Notes: generated by a model not told the origin, from the sequence alone. Shown: positions 37,563-51,260, counted from the first letter of the stretch. The stretch: 64,000 bases of DNA from Octopus sinensis (GCF_006345805.1 NC_043006.1:12462001-12526000), one strand, 5' to 3'. Numbers and translations are program-made.

Positions 37563-38623
37563 GTTGACAACTTTCTTCCGTCTTATAAGGGTAATAATAC
37601 CCAGTCTTTCTGCTGTTCTCACGTCTATCTTGCATTCGAAATATTACCGCCATGTCTGCATTCGGCTCTTCTAAAACTAAAATAAAAAGCTTGAAAGAGT
37701 TAATCAATGAAATTACTCTCAGTAATTGTTTTAAATTCATTTCTGATTCTATTGCTGTTTTCTACCGAACTGCTAAGTTAAATGGAAATAAACAAACCAG
37801 GATTGGTTGACCAACACTGAAAGGGAATTACGTAGATGTACACTCACATATATTTGTGTATGTGTGTGGTTGTGTGCGCGAGTGTAAGTAAGAATACATT
37901 TATATAATTCTTTCTTTCAGCGCTGGACAACCGGTCTTTGTCATCTTGTTCCATTGGAATTCAATAATTAATACGTGTGTATGTGTGTATGTCTATAGGT
38001 ATACACATCCTTATATTCTTACATACACATATGTGTATTTGTGTACTGTATATCTGAATGAAAGCACACACACACACACTTATGTATATATATACATACG
38101 TACATGTATGTATGTAGGTATGTATGTATGTATGTATATATTTGTTTGTGTGTGGTTGCATGTGTTTGTCTGTTCCTATACAATCACGAAGAAACAAACT
38201 GATATTCCGAGATTGAATCTGAGATCGATAATGACACATGCAAAAAGAAATGAGAGCTAAAGGGATGAAGAAGTAGAGGAGAGAGACAGAGGGAGGGAGA
38301 GGTAGAAGAGAGAGACAGAGGGAGGGAGAGAGAGGGAGTGAAGAAAAGAGAGAAAAAGAAAGGCGGGAGCGACACAAAAAAAAAGGGGTGAGAGAAACGG
38401 AGAATGGCATTCGTAGGTAGGAAGTGAGAATATTTGTGGACAAAGAAGGTGAGGTCGGGGCTGGCGCTGGGGCGATTGATTGTCTAGATTATGATAAGGT
38501 AATAGTCGCCATTTTCTAAGCAGAATCACTGTTCGCAGGATTTTGCTAGAGCATTCCATCCGCTGCTTCTTTATTAGTCATATGTTCAGACACTAAGGCA
38601 AGCTGCATGTTCATATCATAAAC

Positions 38624-38680
38624 CAGCCCAGCCCAGCCCAGCCCAGTCCAGCACAGCCCAGCCCAGTCCAGCCCAACCCG
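38624..38680. repeat. (CCCAG)n pentanucleotide tract
   Basis: Directly visible, imperfect. Confidence 0.85.
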
Positions 38681-38844
38681 GTTCAGGTCACCCCACCAGA
38701 CCATCTCCGACGCAGTCGAGACAAGCTTGGTATTGGTTGGTGATGCATCAAATATATTCCCAAGGCGATCGCAAAGATGCCACTTAATTTCAGTAATATG
38801 AGAGATGCTACTGTCCTCCTTTATATTGATTACATACATATATA

Positions 38845-38877
<33 letters not shown>

Positions 38878-38950
38878 TATTATATATATATATATATGTA
38901 TATATATATAATATGTATATCTATATGTGTAATATATATATATATTTATG

Positions 38951-38997
<47 letters not shown>

Positions 38998-39387
38998 GTA
39001 TGCATGTATATATGTAAATATATATATATATAATATATTATAACATCTATGCTTAGTAAAATATAATATATATATAATATATTGCGTATATAATATATGA
39101 CATATGCTCCCAGTCTATGTGAGTGTGTATGTGTGTGTGAGTCTACATGCTTATGTATTACAGTTACGTATATACAAATGCAAAAGCAGCCACAATACGG
39201 ACACATACATATGTACATATATTTCACAAACAAGCACACATATGCTTACGCACATGCACACACACAGAGGCATAGATAGATAGATGTGCATACTTCCCTA
39301 GATACAACAGCATATATCTATGCATATATATGTGCGTGTCTGTACATGTATAATATATAAATATATATATACAGATGTGCGTGCGTG

Positions 39388-39424
<37 letters not shown>

Positions 39425-39581
39425 CATTATTGGTGAATTGAAGAAATGGAGCTGAACGCAGATTGAACAGAAATCGTTTTATTTCATTCTACACGTGTTT
39501 CGAAAGGAATGATTTTTGCTACTAAGGTATCGGTTAAACTTTTGATTAATCTACTACAAGATTATTCATCTTCTATTTCAC

Positions 39582-39624
<43 letters not shown>

Positions 39625-40027
39625 GCACATATGTATGTGTATTTCTATGGACTACATTCTACGTGATACATTTATAGGGTAGCATATGCATTGTAAAAGC
39701 TAAAATTCTTGCTTAAAATTTCTTTGTATACATAATTGTGTGTATATGTTTTCTCTGCTTCCACTTGCATTTAAGAATATACTATTTCTGGAGGTTTTAC
39801 ACATACCTTGCATAAACGAAGCCTGACGATGTTATTTATAAGCTGAGCTGGCTGGCTGAGGGAACACACACACACACATTTATAGAGAGACAGATCGACT
39901 GAAAGGTAGATTGATATTGAGTTCTATGACGCACGCAGGTTATTTTTTGAGAATTGCCTCAGTTTGTGCTAAAATTCGGTATATATTGTCTCTGTCTTGA
40001 GCACCTGTGATGTCAAAGATCCACAAT

Positions 40028-40403
40028 CATCATCATTCATCAGAGTTCGACCGTGGTCGAGACAATGGAATTTACCATGCTACGCCAGACTTCACGGTCC
40101 ATCATGGCATTACGGAGGTCCTGTTGCTGGATGCCTGTATCCCTGGAGATTACATCAAGGTAGGAGAGTGTGCGCCCTCTGGTATTGCGGGTAGATGGCT
40201 TCCAGAGGAGAAGAGTAGAAATTACCTCATTTTCAGCTCTACAACAATGTCCAGCAAACTGAACTCTCCTACCTTTCACAAGAGATGACACAGGTGGTAG
40301 TTTCCTATATATTTGCATTTTGGTTGGATGGCGCTTCCACGAGAGATTTTGAGCTCTCATAAGGAGGCGAGTGTAGGTTCCATCCAACCGCCTGTCAAGC
40401 TTC
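40028..40403 (-). mobile_element. RTE-clade LINE, 5'-truncated 3' end
   Basis: Translation KLDRRLDGTYTRLL...RRVQFAGHCCR...LLLWKP...GRTLSYLDVI..DTG...AMMDREVWR is typical of the RTE ORF C-terminus. (GAT)n tail and a 64-bp flanking direct repeat. Confidence 0.85.
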
Positions 40404-40855
40404 TTGTGCTAAAATTCGGCATATATCGACTCTGTCTTGAGCACCAGTAATATCAAAGATGCACAATAATGTTCTATGAACATGACGTACTTTCTAATAT
40501 TCTACGGCTGTTAAATAATGATCACAGTCACATGAGCAATCGGGACTGATTCTGCCTCTAATACACTTCTCAATATCTCACGAACGAAAAATAGTTGTAT
40601 GAAATTGCGGTGGCCATAATTGTACCAACCACCACAACAAAAGGTCTGTCTTGTATAAGGGCGGAAACAGTACCTTCAGAAAGCATTTCCTAGTGACACA
40701 TGTATCGACTATACAATTTCCTGCACTCAGAACAAGGAGAAAACAATTCGAGATGGACGCACAACAAATATCGTACTTTAAACTAAGAATAAAATTTCCT
40801 AGGTAAGTCTTTACATATGACTATGTGCAAATACGTAAACTCATTTGCACGCGCA

Positions 40856-41138
<283 letters not shown>

Positions 41139-41139
41139 T

Positions 41140-41825
41140 TAGGCGTCATGATGTTGATTGGATGTTTGATTTTTATCACCCTCATTTCATGTTTTGGGGA
41201 CACGGCAAGCCAATGGTTGTTCGGTGTATTCACCATCTGATCCTAACAGAAAAGTTTCCCTTCTGAGAAAAATCAAAAGCGTGTTCGGTTGGAGGGGATA
41301 CTTCGTACTGCAGTCTTTCTTCTTGTCCTTTATGGCTTGGCATAAAAATTGGCCCTTTCTCATCCTCTACGAGGAATACCGAGTGTCTTCATGCACTACC
41401 TGCCTGCTAAGAAACTCAGACACTCCCATGTCCGTAGTGATGGACCTGATTGACTTGTAGGGATCGTTGGTCTGGATCTCACCAAAAAATTCAGAACAAA
41501 GAGAGTGAGTTTTCCGAGCTGCCGTACCTTCGCAATCCGCATTAGACTCATCGAACTCATTCTGAATCCCCTGCCCTGCCCTCAAATTAACACCCAGACA
41601 TTCTGAAATGCTCGTATTAGAGCTTCCGGAGTGATTGCCAAGCAGTACAGCATGTATGTTCTTTCCAAATATCTGGCAGAGTGAATTGCGTTATGGTGAT
41701 GTTTTTTCTCACAGACGGTGCCCAAATGACCCTTCTGTACTCTTTAGTCGATAGAATCAAGGCAAACAATGCACATGCTCGAATGTAAATATATAAAGTT
41801 GCGACAATCTACCCATTGTACCCTG
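41140..41825 (-). mobile_element. Second DD37D/maT-type Tc1/mariner copy, 5' half
   Basis: Homologous to about 25700-26250 (EFDESNADCEGTAARKT...DPYKSIRSITTDMGVSEFL). The terminus TA|CAGGGTACAATGGG lies at 41825 on the minus strand. Confidence 0.8.
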
Positions 41826-41831
41826 TATATA

Positions 41832-41965
41832 TCTCTATATATATAAACTGCAAAATGTCTGTGTGCGTGTCCTTTATACAAATCCACAATTTTTCAGTTA
41901 GAGGGCTCGAACTTTCTATGGTCATTCAAAACCGTCCAAGGGTGGTCGTGCACATCGTTACAATT
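41832..41965 (+). mobile_element. Probable 5' end of a second Helitron-like family, cut by the gap
   Basis: A|TC-TCTATATATATAAA start followed by TGTCTGTGTGCGTGTCC, resembling the start of 33874 and 42646. The 3' end was not seen. Confidence 0.35.
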
Positions 41966-42065
41966 NNNNNNNNNNNNNNNNNNNNNNNNNNNNNNNNNNN
42001 NNNNNNNNNNNNNNNNNNNNNNNNNNNNNNNNNNNNNNNNNNNNNNNNNNNNNNNNNNNNNNNNN
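41966..42065. other. Assembly gap (100 N)
   Basis: Run of N. Confidence 1.
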
Positions 42066-42645
42066 CGCTTTATGTGTATTACTTTATGCATACGTACGCA
42101 TACTTCCAGTATATACAGGAATATATGTTACATACAGAGTTACATTAATATTTCAAAATATTTTCGTCGCTAAAATCCGCGACCTGTTCACTGACAAAAA
42201 TCCGTGCTGATTGAGAAAGTAACAGTTAGTTCGTCATATATATGTACGTATGTATGTGTGTATGATGAATACATGTGTGTAGTATGTACGTATGCATGTA
42301 CGTACATACGCCTGTGCATGTATGTATTATGTATGTAGTATGTATGTATGTATGTATGGTGTATGTGTGTGTATATGCACGCACATACACACTATAAACA
42401 TAATTTAAAACTGTTTGGTTCGATTTCAAGCAACGTAAATATCCGCAGGGTTCAAACAGGGACCTCAGTCGTCCTGGCTCAGGTTAATTAGTAATTTGAG
42501 CCTGTGCAGCTTTACGGAAATCACGTGGAGTCCAATGAAGCTGTTTTCAAGACTAACAATGCATGTCACTCCTAATAAATCTGTTGGGGGCTTTTCTCTT
42601 TCTTTTCTCCACACACGCAGACACGCGCGCGCGCACACACACATA

Positions 42646-43043
42646 TCTTTATATATAAAAGTGAGGTTGTGTGCTGTCTGTCTCCTACGATTTAGATTCC
42701 TAACTATTCCCACATTTTGCGGTGCAGTTTAACCAAAACCGGGTATCTTATAGTCGTGATTCATATCGACCCATCTGGGTATTAGCGCGCGTCTACGATG
42801 AGTCTACGATTTTAAAAATAAATTACCATCATTTTTTTCCATTTTAATGCATTTTTCGCTATTATATAAGGGAAGTAACTCTCTAAAAATGACTACGATG
42901 AGTCGACGATTTAAAAAAAAATTTACCATCATTTTTTTTCTATTTTTAATGCATTTTTTGCTATCTTTTGGCTATAACTCTCTAAAAATACTTATATAGT
43001 TATTTCCCTTACAAACCCGAGCAACGCCGGGCGATACTGCTAG
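42646..43043 (+). mobile_element. Non-autonomous Helitron-like element, second copy
   Basis: A|TC start, CCCGAGCAACGCCGGGCGATACTGCTAG|T end, no TSD. Same family as 33874-34248. Confidence 0.8.
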
Positions 43044-43226
43044 TATAATTATATATATATATAAACATATGCATAAAGATAGATATTTAGATACATAAAT
43101 GTGTACACACACGCACACGCACACACTTTTATATATGCGTATACGAATGTATCTATATATATGTGTGTGTGTGTGTGTGTATATATATATACTTATATAT
43201 ATGCATATTATATATATACTTATGTT

Positions 43227-43260
<34 letters not shown>

Positions 43261-43380
43261 CATACATGCATACACAAGCAATATATATACATATATACAC
43301 ACACACACAAGCAATGCAACTCGGCATTGCCCGGGTGTTATGACCTCAACCGCATTGTATTATTTGTTCCTTTTTCGTAG

Positions 43381-43428
43381 GCAGAATCACTACAGCTGAT
43401 ATATAGTGAACTGGATTACTGGCGTAAT
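43381..43428 (+). CDS. Candidate 48-nt coding exon (AESLQLIYSELDYWRN), unknown protein
   Basis: Acceptor TTGTTCCTTTTTCGTAG|G and donor AAT|GTAAGT. Only the phase 0-0 frame is open. Confidence 0.45.
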
Positions 43429-46232
43429 GTAAGTTATCATTTGCTTAAAAGTCAAAAGAGAAGGTGCAGTTTGCATGGGTTTGCATGAAAGTGCATTCCG
43501 TTCTTAAGAAGGATCACAGAAAAAGCTAAAATCTTCCAATGTTTCACTTTCGTCTGATGTTTCACGCATGCTTAAGGAAACGTAAAAAATACCGAACAGC
43601 CATCAGAATACGTGACATGCTAGAAATAGCAGGTAAACGAAATTATTTCTGAAGAAACTTTCCCGATATCCAGAAAGTCATAAGTAGTAACATTGGGAGT
43701 TTGTAGCGTTTTAAAAGTGGAGAGGTTATGGGTGGATGCTTGAGAAGGAGATTTTAGTGTTTCTTTAAGAAGGAAGAAGAAAATTCTTAAAGATTCGTAC
43801 TCTCTGCTTTATTCTCCATGGATTATTAAGGAAAGAATTTGGAAAAAGTAAAAATGAAGCATTTGTAGTTGGGAGGGAGAAAATAAGAATATTAAGAATT
43901 CATTATATGGGTGAAATACTAATCCCTTGAATTGCAAACATAGGAATTGAAAGAAATTTAGAAAAAGTATAACGGGTGGGGCGTAAATGTCACCTCGGAT
44001 ATGCTAGAGAGAAGAGGTAAAGGATAGGATATCTGGGAAACCTTCCTTTTGAGTTTATATCGAAGATCAGGATTTTAGATACGCTCATCACGAAAAACAA
44101 ATTACAGAACAGATAAATGTAATTTCAGTTGGATTTCAGGTGTAACCTTGCGCGTGCACACAGCAAGAAATAACTTAATTCGTACAGAAGTTTTACCTAG
44201 AGTGAGTGTGTATGCGTGTGTGTGTATGTGTGTGTGTTCATGTGTGGCATTCTTTCGTTTGAAGATGCGAAGTTGTCAACTCGATCATATGGTCAATCAT
44301 GTGGGATCATATGATTGTTCTGTTAATTTTTTTTATATTTCCTTATGCTTTGAAGAGAGATGAAATTGAAAGAGAGGATAAAGTGAAAAGGCAACATTTG
44401 CTTTGAAGTGAGAGCAGAAAGTGAAAGAGAGGAGAAAGATATATGTACGTCTATATGAAATGGACGTGTACGTGTGAGAGAGAAATAGAGAAAGAGAGCG
44501 TGTATGTGTGCGTGACGGTTTGTGTTGTGATGTATGAATTATTTTGCATGTATTTTTTTGTGGCACTCACTCTCTCTCTCTCTCTCTTTCACACACACAC
44601 ACACATCATTCATTTACACGTACATAAATACATATGTACAGTCTTTGTGCGCGTGCGTATGCACGTGAAAGAGAGAGAGAGAGATTGAGAGAGTGGGCGG
44701 CGACTGCATTTCCTCATAAGAAATGGATTATTTTATTGAAATTTTTTTGGTCGTGGATGATAAAACGGCAAAGCAGAAATACGATAAGGACGCCAGGGCT
44801 TTTAAAAAAGTATTATCTTCAAGCTGGTTATAAGGAGTGGAATAACATTTCTGTAATTATATTGAAAAAGCTGCTAAGGTTTTTTTTCAGATATATTTGC
44901 GAGTATTGTCAGTGCTGTAAATAAGCTAAATCTTCATTTGGTTATAAAAACCAGAGTAATATTTCAGCACATAAGTAGTGATAATCATTAATGCAGTATA
45001 AACCGCAACTGCATTCAAAGAGTGGTACTTCAAAGTGAACGCTGTTGTTCGTTCAAAGTCCAGGCCGCAACTAAACTAAGCACTTTCAAAATCGCCGCGT
45101 CTCACTGTCGGATGGTACAGTCACATACATATACTAAGGCAGACACACAGGCATACATTCACACACGCCGTAGGCCTATCTTTGTCCCTCTATTTGTCTG
45201 TGTCTTTATATGTGTGTATGTCAGTCGTCAAAAAAATGTATGTATACCTACAGACACATACACCATCACAAACATATACTTCTCAGTCACGCTAATATAG
45301 AAAATGTGACGTCGTCGTCGTTGTGGTAATGTTAAATTTTTGTAATGCAAATATGTAAATGAAAATAAAGTTCATTTGGTAGCCGAAACATTGGTGAATC
45401 TTTTGATATTCCATACGTCAAAATCGGCAACTCAGTTTTCGAATGAATGAGGAATGCACCCCCACCTACACAGCAAACTCTCTTTTATATATATGTATAT
45501 ATACATATAAAGATAAGGGGGAAGAGAGAGAGAGAAAAAAAAGGAGGGGTTAAAAGAAAAGCAGTGTATACAATATGATGCTTACGTACATAAATAATAC
45601 TTAGAGTGTGTGTGAGTGTAAATGCATTTCTTTTCTAAGGTTCTCTTATATAATTGATGATTTTTAATTATTAATATATCTTGCTTCAAATATTGTCACT
45701 ACTTCAAGAATTCTATCTGAAGACGGTTTCGCATTTATATATACGTATATTCATCTTTCGCCTTTTAGATTGTACTTCTTTGAGTTGTGGCCATGTTTTA
45801 TATAAATTCAGAACGATAGAGATAGAGGATGATAGATAGAAAGAAAGAGAGAGCGGGAACATTTAAGAGCACGAGAGAAAAAGAGTCAATATTGCCGAGG
45901 AAGTATCAACTCTAATGTATTGAATCCCCTGCTAAACAGTGTTATCATGTATTTCAAAATGGGTTCTGAGTATATATTTCAGAAAGAGTTAATAACGCTA
46001 TTTTCTTTACTGGCGGACATCTTTGATATGCTCTCAAGAAGATAGTAACAATAGAAAATAAGCAGAAGATATTTACTTAAGGACTGATATTTCATTATCT
46101 CTATGCAAGGGATAACTCATTGCAATTCTGATACAAAGCTAAGTCGAGAAATCGATAAAAAGCAAGTGCACATTTCGCCAATTCCTTTGGTTGTGACGCA
46201 TCGACCATAAAATTACTTAATATATATATATT

Positions 46233-46263
<31 letters not shown>

Positions 46264-46434
46264 TTGAGGTATGTGTGCTTCTGTGCACGTGTCTCTTTGA
46301 GTATACATGCGAATTTTCGTATCTATATATCCATGCATGCATATATATATATATATGTGTGCGTGTGTGTGTGTGTGTATATGTAATGTTTACATATGCG
46401 TGTGTTCATATATATGAACGTATACACAAACACA

Positions 46435-46487
<53 letters not shown>

Positions 46488-47029
46488 ATACATACTATAA
46501 TACATACATACATACATACATACATACGTGTATGTGTAATGTTTACATATGCGTGTGTTCATATATATGAAAATATACACACAAACACACGCATATATAT
46601 ATATTATATACATATAATCATCTATATCTATGGGTGTGTACGTGCGTGTGTATGTGTGTGTGCGTATGTGTGTGTGTGTGTGTACGTGTGTGTGTATGCC
46701 ATATATTGACTTGCTCGATATATAATACACAGAGAAGAAACTTGCACTGCTTTCCGCTCTACATGCACTTTATGACAAACTTCAAAATTCGACCATTTGC
46801 CGCAAACTCGTAACTCATCTGCAACTGTAATCTTCGCTACGTTCTAATCTCTTGATAGCCAATACTACTTCAGATGATTTAACAGGTCTCTATTACATTT
46901 AATTCTTATCCACATTCTTATAAACAAAGATATTTTCTAAAAGTTATATGTACGCTTAATCATTGTTTAGTAATATATCTTTCGCGAAATCAATTTTGTT
47001 CCGTAATTTTTGCGTGTGAGTATTCTTTT

Positions 47030-47380
47030 ATACTTTTACTTCAGTCATTTCACTGCGGCCATGCTGGAGCATGGCCTTTAGTCGTGCAAATCGACCCCAG
47101 GACTTAAGCTTTGTAAGTCTAGTAATTATTCTATCGGTCTCGTGTACCGAACTGCTAGATTACGGGGACGTAAACACACCAACATTTGTTGTCACGTGTT
47201 GGTAGGAGACAAACACAGACACACAAATATATATATATATACATATACATATACATATAAATATATATACGATGGACTTCTTTCAGTTTCCGTCTACCAA
47301 ATCCACACACAATAGTTTTTCGACCCAAGGCTATATCAGTGAGACTGAACCCGAAGACATGTGGTTGGGAAACACGCTTC
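47030..47380 (-). mobile_element. SINE type B, diverged
   Basis: Reverse complement of type B with deletions. Confidence 0.75.
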
Positions 47381-47467
47381 GTTTATTCATTAAATTGGCC
47401 ATAAGTGCCTTACAAAGAAAGGAACTTGCGGGCTGGACAAAGACATAATGAGATGTGAAATGATAAC

Positions 47468-47700
47468 CGGCGAGCTGGCAGACACGTTAGCACGCCGAGC
47501 GAAATGCTTCGCGGTATTTCGTCTGCCGTTACGTTGTGAGTTCAAATTCCGCCGAGGTCGACTTTGCCTTTCATCCTTTCGGGGTCGATAAGATTAAGTA
47601 CCAGTTACGCACTGGGGTCGATGTAATCGACTTAATACCTATGTCTGTCCTTGTTTGTCCCTTCTATATTTAGCCCCTTGTGGGTAATAAAGAAATAAAT
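47468..47700 (+). mobile_element. SINE type C, monomer
   Basis: Matches the type C head and one unit. Confidence 0.9.
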
Positions 47701-47781
47701 ATGATAATAATGAGGGCAACAGCAACGCCAGTCTTACCACACAGCGACGCCTGCGCCTACATATATACATATACGTACATA

Positions 47782-47826
<45 letters not shown>

Positions 47827-48624
47827 TAGGTATGTATGTATGCATGTATGCATGTATGTATGTAAATACCCTGACTGCACTACACTACACAAAACAGTAG
47901 CAAAAACAATCTAATGGATTGATCTTTCCTAACCCAACTTTTGCTTGAGCCAGCCAAGCAAGACAAAGCTATCCTGGCCCCGTTTCAGTTGAAAAGCTTT
48001 TCACTTTGACAATGACGTTGTGCACTGCAACCTTAGTTCCCGGCATTCTCGCTCCATTGCACCTGTTCGACGATATCATTCTTCACAAATTTGAGGAGCA
48101 ATTAGAATATATCTTTCACTCAACTGTGCGTTGCGCACACAGTTCCTCTGATATTAAAACGACGTGGCGGTGATTTGTGCACATTGTCACATATACGTGC
48201 TTAAAACATGCTCCTACGAAAGTCACAACCACGACCAAAAATAGACTCGCGAGGAAAAAAATACACATCAGGAAATCACTTTGGGGAAACTTCTCTCGCC
48301 TAGGATAGGACACTCGGCGTTCCTTAACATTCAGCGTCATGTAAGGAGTTTAATTTGGACGCTTGTCAGCAGTAAATGGCGTTTAAACAAATTTCATATT
48401 GTATGTATGTGCGACCGATAAAATTGTGTTACAAACTTTTGTTTTTCACTTTGGCTAGTAAGTGTTATATCCTATTTGCTACTGTCTACAAATGAAAGGA
48501 AATGACAACAACACCCTTCAAACTCTGGTTTTGTGACTTGAACAACAATGCTTTGTAATTATAACCCATTTTTCCATTACATTTCAGACAGATTCAGCGC
48601 TTAGTTGCTGAAACAGAATTATCA

Positions 48625-48790
48625 TTATAGCAAATATTCTGTTCCATATCACAGATTTGTTTGTCAGTTGCTTGATCTTAACTACTTGAACAAGTCCCTT
48701 TGTGGCTAACAGTATATGCATCTCTGATCAAATAGCAGAAGCAGGGAGGTAATCATAAACATGTGTTGAGATGGGTTCGTTGGGATTTGA
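48625..48790 (-). repeat. Repeat type E fragment, diverged
   Basis: The reverse complement resembles about 22330-22480 (CTCAACACATG...GATCAGAGATGCA...AGAATATTTGCT). Confidence 0.65.
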
Positions 48791-49659
48791 ATATATGTAT
48801 ACCAAAGCAAAAGTTTGAAGCAAATAGAAATTTCTGATACTTTCTAAGGGTAAGCGAATAGGAAATAACACTTGGTACCCAAGGACAAAAATCGTGTTAC
48901 ACAATATAATATTTACATGAATAAAGCTGCTTTTATTCGTAATTAAATTTTCTTTTACGTGTTCTTTGCCACCGCACGTCATCAAATACGTTTCACTCTG
49001 TTTGCATATAAGACCCAGGACCACCGATTTATTTCGCTTCGAGGTGGTCAATGTACATGGCACCGATAAAACACAAGGTATCTGCCCTTGTCGGTTAGTT
49101 TAGGACGAGTTGTCTTGCATATTCTAGGACACTTGAATTCTTTTAACACGTGGCATTGTGTAGGGAGTTTCCCCACCGGACACTATGCCGCAGCAAATAC
49201 ACATTTAAACTAAACAAATACATTACGTATGTGAGACCGATAATTCATGTATATATATTTACACACACACACACGCACAAGACCTAGTAAATTACAGACA
49301 GCTGATGTGTCACGTTTTTCATACGCCGGGATAAATGACAGCAATGTCGAACTGAGTATATTTATACTTACATATACATAGTTCATACTTTCAAACCAAC
49401 TAATAACAGTATTCATAATGCTAATCCCATTTCCCTTAGAATTAATCCGTTTCTATTCTGGAATAAAGTTGAAATTCTTTGTGTTCTTTCACTGTTTTAC
49501 ATATTTCGCATTTTGCTTAGTATTCTAAACAATTCTTTGTGAGTTATCATTTTTGCTTAACCATTTATATAGTTATCAAAATAAGAGATGGCTTATTTAT
49601 AGACTTTTGGTGATTTTATTGACTAGAATTCTATAAACTAGAATATTATTAACCAGAAC

Positions 49660-50080
49660 TGCTAACTAGAATTAAAAACTTGCAGAATCATTAACGCGCC
49701 GGTTTAAATGCTTAGCGGCATTTCGTCCGTCTTTATACTGTGAGTTCAAATTCCACTGAGGTTGACTTTGCCTTGGGGCGGGGTCGATAAAATAAGTAGC
49801 AGCTGAGTACTGTGATTGATGTAATCTACTTACTTACTTCCTCGAAATTCCTGGCTTAGTGCCAAGATTTGAATTATATTGTAAGGCGGCTAACTGTCAG
49901 AATCGTTAGCATGACGGGTGAAATGTTTAGCGGTATTTCGTCCATATTTACGTTTTAAGTTCAAATTCCGCTGAGGACGACTTTGCTTTTCATCATTTCG
50001 GGGTCGATCTAATCATCTTACACACTTTCCCAAAATTGCTGGCATTGTGCTAAAATTTGAAACCAATATTAATCATAATC
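49660..50080 (+). mobile_element. Two old type C-like SINE copies in tandem
   Basis: GAGTTCAAATTCC...GACTTTGC motifs occur twice, strongly diverged. Confidence 0.6.
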
Positions 50081-50557
50081 GTACAAATTTTCTTTACGCC
50101 ATGTATATTAGTTGGTTTCAACCAACAAAAAAATCAAAGGTTTCAGAGAATCTCTTAATATATAAATATAAAACTCATACACGGTGTTGTCGTTGTACGT
50201 ACAAACTTTAATATCATCGGTCTTCTTTAAAAGGTCGAATTAAAATGGGTCGAACATTTATATATTAACGTGTTTGTATGAGATGTTAGACAGACGTTTT
50301 AAATAAGCTAGTCATAGATGACTGGGTTGTGGAAAAAGGCGCGCCATTTCATGCGCTTAACGACATTTCACTCAGCGAATAACATTTACTTGTAATAATT
50401 ATGAGACGTTCTCTGTTGAATAGGTTAAGTTGCATCGATCTCACCTTGCTCTTTTTTCCTTTCTTTCTTTCTTCCTTTCTCTGATTCTACATAGATACAC
50501 ACACATAAATACATACACACAAACACACACATACATATACATACATATATACATCTG

Positions 50558-50591
<34 letters not shown>

Positions 50592-50619
50592 GACGTATAT
50601 GTATATACATATATGCCAT

Positions 50620-51050
50620 AGCAGGCATGGCTGTGTGGTAAAAAGCATGTTTCCAAAGCACATGGTTCCAGGTTCAGTACCACTGCGTGGAACCTTGGGC
50701 AAGTCACATCTACTAGAGCCTCGAGCCGACCAAAGCCTTGTCAGTGCATCTGGTAGGAGGAAACTGTAAGAAACCCATCGTATATATATGTGCGCGTGTG
50801 TGTGTGCGCGTGTGTGTGTGCGCGTGAGTGAGTGTGTGTGTGTATGTATCCAGCATTGCTTAACAACCGATGTTGTTGACAACCGATGTTGGAGTGTTTA
50901 CGTCCCGTTACCTAGCGTTTCGGCTAAAGACACCCATAGAATGAGTACTAAGCAGACAAAGACTAAGTCATGGGGTCGATTTGTTCGACTAAAGCTGATG
51001 TTCTAGCATGGCCGGAGGCAAATGCCTGAAGCAAATAAAAGAATACATGT
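50620..51050 (+). mobile_element. SINE type B, diverged
   Basis: Recognisable head, core and tail. Confidence 0.7.
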
Positions 51051-51077
51051 TATAATATATATATATTATATATATAT

Positions 51078-51260
51078 GGGAAATTTACAAAAAAAAAAAA
51101 ATAAAAGACGAAGACAAATAGATGTATTAGTTTAACGCTCGAGAAGCGAAAAAAGTCTTTAACGTTTCGAACCTACGCGCTTCCACAGAATGGAACAGAG
51201 AAAGAAACAGGGAGATAAAATAAAGAATGTGTACTGGCTAGCGATGTATCATGGCGAATG
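51078..51260 (-). mobile_element. Penelope-like repeat, decayed hammerhead motif
   Basis: The minus strand reads CTGTGGA-A-GCGC-GTAG-GTTC-GAAA-CG-TT-AAAGA. Homologous to 24868-25112. Confidence 0.55.

Larger units (their letters stand above)
37057..37658. mobile_element. MITE-like foldback element with ~75-bp terminal inverted repeats
   Basis: 37057-37131 matches the reverse complement of 37583-37658 (for example GGGTATTATTACCCTTATAA). Ends are TA|CAG...CTG|CA. Confidence 0.65.

Noticed and set aside
39485-39580. Third hammerhead-like remnant (minus strand AAGATGA...GAAACACGTGT)
   Set aside because: The CTG of the core is absent and I could not build stems I and II. Too decayed to call.
40603-40802. 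66-codon open frame ending at a strong donor (AG|GTAAGT)
   Set aside because: The acceptor is ambiguous and its phase 2 end does not join the next good exon (43381) without a stop. Left uncalled.
46377-46600. ~150-bp-period duplication in a compound microsatellite (also 14125-14185 and 52310-52460)
   Set aside because: Ordinary slippage or unequal exchange within low-complexity DNA.
48728-49063. 111-aa minus-strand ORF
   Set aside because: Its 3' part runs into repeat type E and there is no motif or splice support.
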